This document shows, piece by piece, positions 58,968-64,000 of a stretch of 64,000 nucleotides of DNA. Position 1 is the stretch's first letter; every line of letters starts with the position of its first letter. The notes under the pieces were generated by a model. The model ran no database searches. It had not been told where the DNA came from and saw only the letters and a program-made list of their open reading frames with translations. This DNA is from [Candidatus Thermochlorobacteriaceae] bacterium GBChlB (GTDB lineage Bacteria; Bacteroidota; Chlorobiia; Chlorobiales; Thermochlorobacteraceae): the NCBI GenBank assembly GCA_000724175.1, contig JPGV01000006.1, positions 28,630 to 92,629 of the forward strand, read 5' to 3'. Both the position numbers and the translations under genes were made by a program.

Positions 58968-60095
58968 TCAATTGTTAATTCTCACTGGCATTACGAGCAT
59001 AAGCAAATCGTCTTTCTTGTCATCGCCGACGGGCTTGATGATTGCGGCGCGTGTAGGCGAGCTGAATTCGAAATGAACTTCTTCTGACCCGATGTGCGAC
59101 AGCGCGTCCTCCAAAAACTTTGCATTGAACCCAATCGTCAAGGTGTCTTTGAACTCACAAGCGATTGTCTCTTCTGCCGATGCACCTTCGTCCGCATTTT
59201 CCGCCGAGACTTTTAGCGAGCCGGGCTCAATGCTGAGTTTCACATCGCCACGCGACGAAAATCGAGCCACGCGCTTGACCGTCCCCAGCAAGTTGGAACG
59301 ATTAACCAGCATTTTCTTGTCGTTCTCCAACGGAATTACGGCTTCATAATTCGGATAGTTTTCCGCAATCAGGCTGCCGGCGATTGTTGTCTCGCCAAAT
59401 GAAAATTGTATGCGTTCCGATTTCGTCGCGATGGAGATCTTCACGTCGTTTTCTGCTGTCAGCGTTTTTTGCACGATGTTGAGCAGCCGCGAAGGAATAA
59501 TGATTTTGTATTTGTCCTTAGCGCCGACTTCGGTGTTTTTCGTCAGGCGGACCAAACGATGCCCGTCGGTCGTTACAGCGCGAAGTTCTTTTGCATCAAG
59601 TTCAAACAAGACACCCATCATTGCTGGACGCATACTGTCGACGCTCGCCGCGAAGAGCGTTTTATCCGCAATAACTTTGAGCTCCTCGCCCGAGAGTTTG
59701 AACTCAATGTCGTAGTCGATGGCTTTCTCGTCGCGGTCGGCTTTTTCCGCACTTCCAGAGATTTTGTATTTGCCTCTGCCCGTGTCAATCGAGAAACTCA
59801 CATCGCCGTCGCTTTCTTTTTTCTTCGTCTCAAATTCGGCGACCGCGTCGGGAAGGCTCTTCAAAATATCTTGCAGCTTCTTGGCATTGAGCGCCACCGT
59901 GCCTTTATCGCCCGATTCGGTCTGCAGCGATGTGGTAAAGGACAAGTCGCCGTCCGTGCAGAACATTGTCAGCTTCTTTTTTTCAATCGTCAGCGTGATG
60001 CTTTCGTAACGGAAATCTGTGGCTTTGGGCGGCAGCGCTAAGGCGGCATTGCTTACGGCTTCAGCGAGAGGTTTCAGAGACGACGAGAATTTCAT
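58968..60095 (-). CDS. dnaN: DNA polymerase III beta clamp
   Basis: TDGHRL, YPNYEAVIP, IGFN and LVMPVR; position between dnaA and recF. Confidence 0.96.
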   Translation of the reverse strand: MKFSSSLKPLAEAVSNAALALPPKATDFRYESITLTIEKKKLTMFCTDGDLSFTTSLQTESGDKGTVALNAKKLQDILKSLPDAVAEFETKKKESDGDVSFSIDTGRGKYKISGSAEKADRDEKAIDYDIEFKLSGEELKVIADKTLFAASVDSMRPAMMGVLFELDAKELRAVTTDGHRLVRLTKNTEVGAKDKYKIIIPSRLLNIVQKTLTAENDVKISIATKSERIQFSFGETTIAGSLIAENYPNYEAVIPLENDKKMLVNRSNLLGTVKRVARFSSRGDVKLSIEPGSLKVSAENADEGASAEETIACEFKDTLTIGFNAKFLEDALSHIGSEEVHFEFSSPTRAAIIKPVGDDKKDDLLMLVMPVRINN

Positions 60096-60408
60096 TTTCC
60101 AGTAACGTATTTAGAATTTTTTTGAAAAGAAAAACGTGTAAAAGACGTTGACCGCGTGGAAACGTGGAAAACTCTTTGGATGTTTTGCCAAGGTGTTCAA
60201 ACGTAACATCTTGGCGCCCGGCTTCCCCGCAAAATCAACGTGAATAACACGTGAATGAACACCCAACGTATCCACGTGCCGCGCCTGAGGCGACGGAAAT
60301 TAGCGATTTACTCACACTTCTTCAACGCAAACGTCGGATTGTTCACGTGCTTATCCACGTTCCAAGCGGTATATTTTTCAGTGACCAAAAGCAGCTCCAC
60401 TAACTCCT
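60096..60408. promoter_or_regulatory. oriC candidate, dnaA-dnaN spacer with DnaA-box cluster
   Basis: About nine DnaA-box-like 9-mers, e.g. TTATCCACG 60351-60359, TTATTCACG (rev) 60239-60247, TTTTCCACG (rev) 60163-60171; AT-rich tract next to the dnaN start. Confidence 0.75.
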
Positions 60409-61863
60409 CTACAGCGACATAATATCGAGCCGCTTCTTCAGTTCTTCCAAGTCTTTGCGCAGGTCGGCGGAGTTTTGCTGCGCTTCCTCTATGGTTTGGC
60501 AGGCGTGGATTACCGTCGAGTGGTCGCGTCCGCCGAAATGCAAGCCAATAGTTTTGAGCGATGACCCCGTGAGCTGTTTTCCAAGATACATTGCCACTTG
60601 CCGAGCCAAGGCAATTTCTTGCTTGCGCGACTTGCCTTTGATGTCATTCGGAGAAATTTTGAAGTAATCGCACACCGCTTTTTCAATCATTTCAAGGCTG
60701 ATGTTCATCGCCTTGTCCCGAATGATGTCTTTGAGAATAGACTTTGTAAGTGGAAGGTCAATATCGCGTCCGAGCATTGAGGCGGTAGCAAGCAGTTTAA
60801 TCAAACACCCCTCCATTTCACGGACGTTGCTTGTAACATTGGTAGCGATAAAGTTGATAACATCGGGCGGGAGTGTCGTGCCGTTGTCGTCCATCTTTCG
60901 GCGCAGAATAGCGAGCCGTGTTTCAAAGTCCGGCGCTTGAAGGTCGGTCGAAAGTCCCCATTGAAAGCGCGAGAGCAGCCGCTCTTCGAGTCCGCGCAGT
61001 TCTTTGAGCGGTCGGTCGCACGAGAGGACAATCTGTTTGCCCGATTGATGCAGCGCGTTGAAGATGTGAAAAATCTCTTCTTGCGTTTTTTCTTTTTTCT
61101 CGAAGAACTGCACATCGTCGATGATGAGCAAATCGATGTTTCGATAAAACGCGGAGAACTCACTGATTTTTCCGCTTTGAATAGCACTGACAAAATCAAT
61201 CGTGAACTTCTCGCTGGAGACATAGAGGATAAATTCTGCCTTGCGCTTGACTTTGACGTAATTCCCAATGGCTTGAACCAAATGTGTCTTGCCAAGCCCA
61301 ACGCCGCCATAAACCACAAGCGGATTAAAATTATTCTTGCCCGGCGTCTCGGCGACGGACTTTGCGGCAGCAAGTGCAAGCGCGTTGCAATCCCCTTTGA
61401 TGAAGTTATCGAAGGTATGTGTGGGTTTCAAGTAGCCCTCGAAGCGATGCACATTGGCTTTGTAAAAATCCTGTGCCGCGCGCGAGACGGCAATTGGACG
61501 CGGTTCGGGCGGCGGAAGTTCGGATTGCTGCTGCGGCAGTTTAATCGTTACAGGTTCAACTGGCGACTGCTGAACAACAACCGAGTATGTCAGTTTCGCA
61601 TTCCGCCCAATCACATCGAGAATCGTGCGCTTTAGAAGCGAGTAGTAGTTTTCTTCAATCCACTCATAGAAAAATTGGCTTGGCACTTGAATGGTGAGTT
61701 CTTCACCTGAAAGGCGCAAGGGGACAATCGGCTCGAACCAAGTCTTGAAACTTTGGCTGTTGATATTGTCCTCAATGATGGCAAGGCATTTTTTCCATGC
61801 GTCTTGCGCCGCCTGCCGCTCGGCGGATTGAGTGTCGCTATGTGTCGTAGGAGTGTGGTTCAT
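60409..61863 (-). CDS. dnaA: chromosomal replication initiator DnaA
   Basis: [30 protein letters not shown] and [11 protein letters not shown]. Confidence 0.98.
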   Translation of the reverse strand: MNHTPTTHSDTQSAERQAAQDAWKKCLAIIEDNINSQSFKTWFEPIVPLRLSGEELTIQVPSQFFYEWIEENYYSLLKRTILDVIGRNAKLTYSVVVQQSPVEPVTIKLPQQQSELPPPEPRPIAVSRAAQDFYKANVHRFEGYLKPTHTFDNFIKGDCNALALAAAKSVAETPGKNNFNPLVVYGGVGLGKTHLVQAIGNYVKVKRKAEFILYVSSEKFTIDFVSAIQSGKISEFSAFYRNIDLLIIDDVQFFEKKEKTQEEIFHIFNALHQSGKQIVLSCDRPLKELRGLEERLLSRFQWGLSTDLQAPDFETRLAILRRKMDDNGTTLPPDVINFIATNVTSNVREMEGCLIKLLATASMLGRDIDLPLTKSILKDIIRDKAMNISLEMIEKAVCDYFKISPNDIKGKSRKQEIALARQVAMYLGKQLTGSSLKTIGLHFGGRDHSTVIHACQTIEEAQQNSADLRKDLEELKKRLDIMSL

Positions 61864-62379
61864 AGAGTCGTCACATCGAAAAAGCGTTCAATGGAAAAAA
61901 TAGCCGCAAATTTTAGGCTTATCAACAAGTTATCCGCACGGTTTTGGCTCGATGTGGATTACTTTGATAGCCGAATGACCGTAAGTTAAGTTAATTTTTA
62001 TGGACTACTCACATTGGCGGCGATGCTATAACCATTAACGAAATCAATACTTAAAAAGATGTTAAAAAAGTTATCCACATTTGACGAATTGGTAACAAAA
62101 GGTCGCTGAAAGTAAATTCAAAATCGTCCGCAAAATTTCACATGTTATCCACGTTGGCAAATAGAATCGGCGGAACAGGTGTTGTTCGGCTGTGTTGTTG
62201 TTTCAAAAAATGTCGCTAAAAAATGTGCGCAAAAAAGGGGCTAATTATACAATAAATGGCGCACGTCGCAAACTTGTTTTTCAAAAAAAATTGTGATAGC
62301 TTTGCAGCCTTTCCGCAAAATGAATTTTGCGCCTAATTTTAAGTTGAAAGTCCATCTGAACCGTTGAACTCTAAATGCT
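61864..62379. promoter_or_regulatory. dnaA-rpmH divergent promoter region and second DnaA-box cluster
   Basis: Perfect TTATCCACA 62071-62079; one-mismatch boxes at 61919-61927, 61930-61938, 61953-61961 (rev) and 62145-62153; AT-rich. Confidence 0.8.
62273..62304 (+). promoter_or_regulatory. Bacteroidota-type primary-sigma promoter for rpmH
   Basis: cTTG-N20-TAGCTTTG fits the -33/-7 consensus TTTG-N19-21-TAnnTTTG. Confidence 0.6.
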
Positions 62380-62538
62380 ATGAAACGCACTTTCCAGCCG
62401 TCCAATCGCAAACGCCGCAACAAGCACGGCTTTCGTGAAAGAATGGCGACCAAGAACGGACGCAAAGTTCTTGCCGCACGCCGCAGAAAAGGACGCTACA
62501 AACTGACCGTCAGCGACGAACCACGATACAAACGCTAA
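62380..62538 (+). CDS. rpmH: 50S ribosomal protein L34
   Basis: Absent from the ORF track; hand translation [52 protein letters not shown]. Confidence 0.97.
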   Translation: MKRTFQPSNRKRRNKHGFRERMATKNGRKVLAARRRKGRYKLTVSDEPRYKR

Positions 62539-62593
62539 ACAGCCGCGTCGCTCGTCGGCAAGATGTCTCTTTAACCGTTTGAACGCCGAAGCC

Positions 62594-63169
62594 ATGTTGC
62601 CATCGCCACCGTCAAGCGGCGGCAACGCCGATTCAAGTCGTAGCACGAGCCGCACACCGATAGAACGCACGCTTCCGAACCACTCGCTCTCGAAATGCGA
62701 GATTCTGCGCCGCAAAAAAGACATTGACAATGTCTTTGAGCATGGCAAATCGCTCCGCGAACCATTCTTGAAGGTGATGTTCCGAACCGCCACGCGCGAC
62801 CCAAGCGAGCCGATTGTCGTTGCGCTCTTCGCTGTCAGCAAGCGCTCGGTGAAGAAAGCCGCGCATCGAAATCGGGTCAAACGGCTCTTGCGAGAGGCAT
62901 ATCGATTGAACAAACAGCCGTTGCTGGAACAACTGCACTCGCGGCTCTCGAAAGAAACCAAAGTGAATGTTGTATTTTTATATCAGCCGTATCGAGACAA
63001 TGACCTGACGCTTGCAAGCGCAACGTTGTCGCTTCAAAATGCGTTCAAGAAAATGACCGAGATGATCTTGCGTCAAAACAATGCGACCTCGACCAGCGAG
63101 AAAGCGAAAGACGACATGACCAAACAACGATTTGAAGCCACAGCACACGACTACGATGAAATTCCCTAA
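62594..63169 (+). CDS. rnpA: ribonuclease P protein component
   Basis: [25 protein letters not shown] (RNR motif); start uncertain. Confidence 0.93.
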   Translation: MLPSPPSSGGNADSSRSTSRTPIERTLPNHSLSKCEILRRKKDIDNVFEHGKSLREPFLKVMFRTATRDPSEPIVVALFAVSKRSVKKAAHRNRVKRLLREAYRLNKQPLLEQLHSRLSKETKVNVVFLYQPYRDNDLTLASATLSLQNAFKKMTEMILRQNNATSTSEKAKDDMTKQRFEATAHDYDEIP

Positions 63170-63473
63170 CGATTTTTTCAATTTTTCGCCTGACCTTCCA
63201 CTTCTCTGGAAAGTCGCAAACGCAGTTCCGATTTTTTTGATTAAACTCTACCGAGCTATTCTTTCGCCTTACTTCGGAAACGGCTGCCGCTTCGAGCCAA
63301 CATGCTCTGCCTACGGATTGCAAGCCTTTCAAACGCATCATTTTTTTCGGGCGTTATACTTGACGGTTTGGCGCATTGTGCGATGCAATCCCTTGGTTAA
63401 AGGCGGTTACGACCCTGTTCCCGTGCCGAAACCGCGCAAGTCGCACCACGCTTGCAACCATCAACATCATTAA
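63156..63473 (+). CDS. yidD: membrane protein insertion efficiency factor YidD
   Basis: [10 protein letters not shown] and RIVRCNP..GGYDPVP. Confidence 0.93.
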   Translation: MKFPNDFFNFSPDLPLLWKVANAVPIFLIKLYRAILSPYFGNGCRFEPTCSAYGLQAFQTHHFFRALYLTVWRIVRCNPLVKGGYDPVPVPKPRKSHHACNHQHH

Positions 63474-63501
63474 ATTTTTACTGACTTTTACGTTTCAAGT
63501 T

Positions 63502-64000
63502 ATGGATAGAAATACGCTTATTGGATTTGCACTTATCGGATTGATTCTCATTATCTGGTTTCAACTGCTGTCGCCGCCGAAACCGACTCCGCCGCCGAAG
63601 CCGCGCGACATTGCCATTGACACCACGCTGGTCAGCGACACCCTGAAAGTTGCTAAAATCGACACTGCGCAAAAGTTCGGCGAGTTCAGCGTCGGCGCGC
63701 GCGGCACAGAGGAACTTATCGTCGTTGAAACCGATATCTTCACAGCAACGCTCTCGAGCAAAGGCGCAACGCTCAAATCGTTCATTCAAAAAAAGTACCT
63801 CGACTACGAGCGCAAGCCGTTCGACTTAATTACCGCCAAAGACGGCGCGCTGTCGCTGATGTTCGAGACGCGCGATGCCAAGGTCTCGCAAATCAATACC
63901 AACGAGCTACACTTTGCGCCGAAAATTCAGGAAAAGAAAATCACGCTTACGGGAGAGCAGTCTGCTACAATACCGTTTGAACTGGCGCTACAAGGGGACA
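63502..64000 (+). CDS. yidC: membrane protein insertase YidC, 5' part
   Basis: Hand translation MDRNTLIGFALIGLILIIWFQLLSPP...VETDIFTATLSSKGA; canonical position after yidD; runs off the window. Confidence 0.92.
   Translation, partial: MDRNTLIGFALIGLILIIWFQLLSPPKPTPPPKPRDIAIDTTLVSDTLKVAKIDTAQKFGEFSVGARGTEELIVVETDIFTATLSSKGATLKSFIQKKYLDYERKPFDLITAKDGALSLMFETRDAKVSQINTNELHFAPKIQEKKITLTGEQSATIPFELALQGD

Noticed and set aside
60240-60350. CACGTG cores in the oriC spacer as extra parS sites
   Set aside because: They lack the TGTT/AACA arms and are better explained as overlapping DnaA-box variants.
1-64000. CRISPR arrays, tRNA or rRNA genes, IS elements
   Set aside because: No regularly spaced repeats, tRNA-like motifs or transposase ORFs were seen by eye.

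Overview
Origin-of-replication region of a bacterial chromosome, most likely Chlorobiota or a close FCB-group lineage (inferred from gene content, Bacteroidota-type TAnnTTTG promoter elements and FCB-typical families; taxon not proven). The right end carries dciA-recF-dnaN-dnaA divergent from rpmH-rnpA-yidD-yidC, with DnaA-box clusters on both sides of dnaA. Three parS sites flank mnmG about 21-23 kb away. The rest is mostly housekeeping or envelope genes (hemW, lpxA, amt, glsA, icd, fabI, mnmE, pgk). I saw no rRNA, tRNA, CRISPR array or IS element by eye. The most interesting items are: (1) a putative trans-envelope signalling operon of an inverted OmpA-FecR-Ig-beta-barrel protein coupled to a HAMP/PAS histidine kinase and two output-less response regulators; (2) a bacterial protein closely resembling fungal sphingolipid C9-methyltransferases; (3) a DUF2723/TMEM260-like GT-C transferase together with dense D-S/T-x glycosylation sequons in exported proteins; (4) an origin-proximal tyrosine recombinase lacking the first catalytic Arg; (5) a family-B polymerase ending in an SSB-like DDVPF tail; (6) an AT-rich ABC-ATPase plus TOPRIM-like pair coupled to mnmE; (7) DnaA boxes ending in G. 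All family assignments come from motif recognition by eye; no database searches were run.
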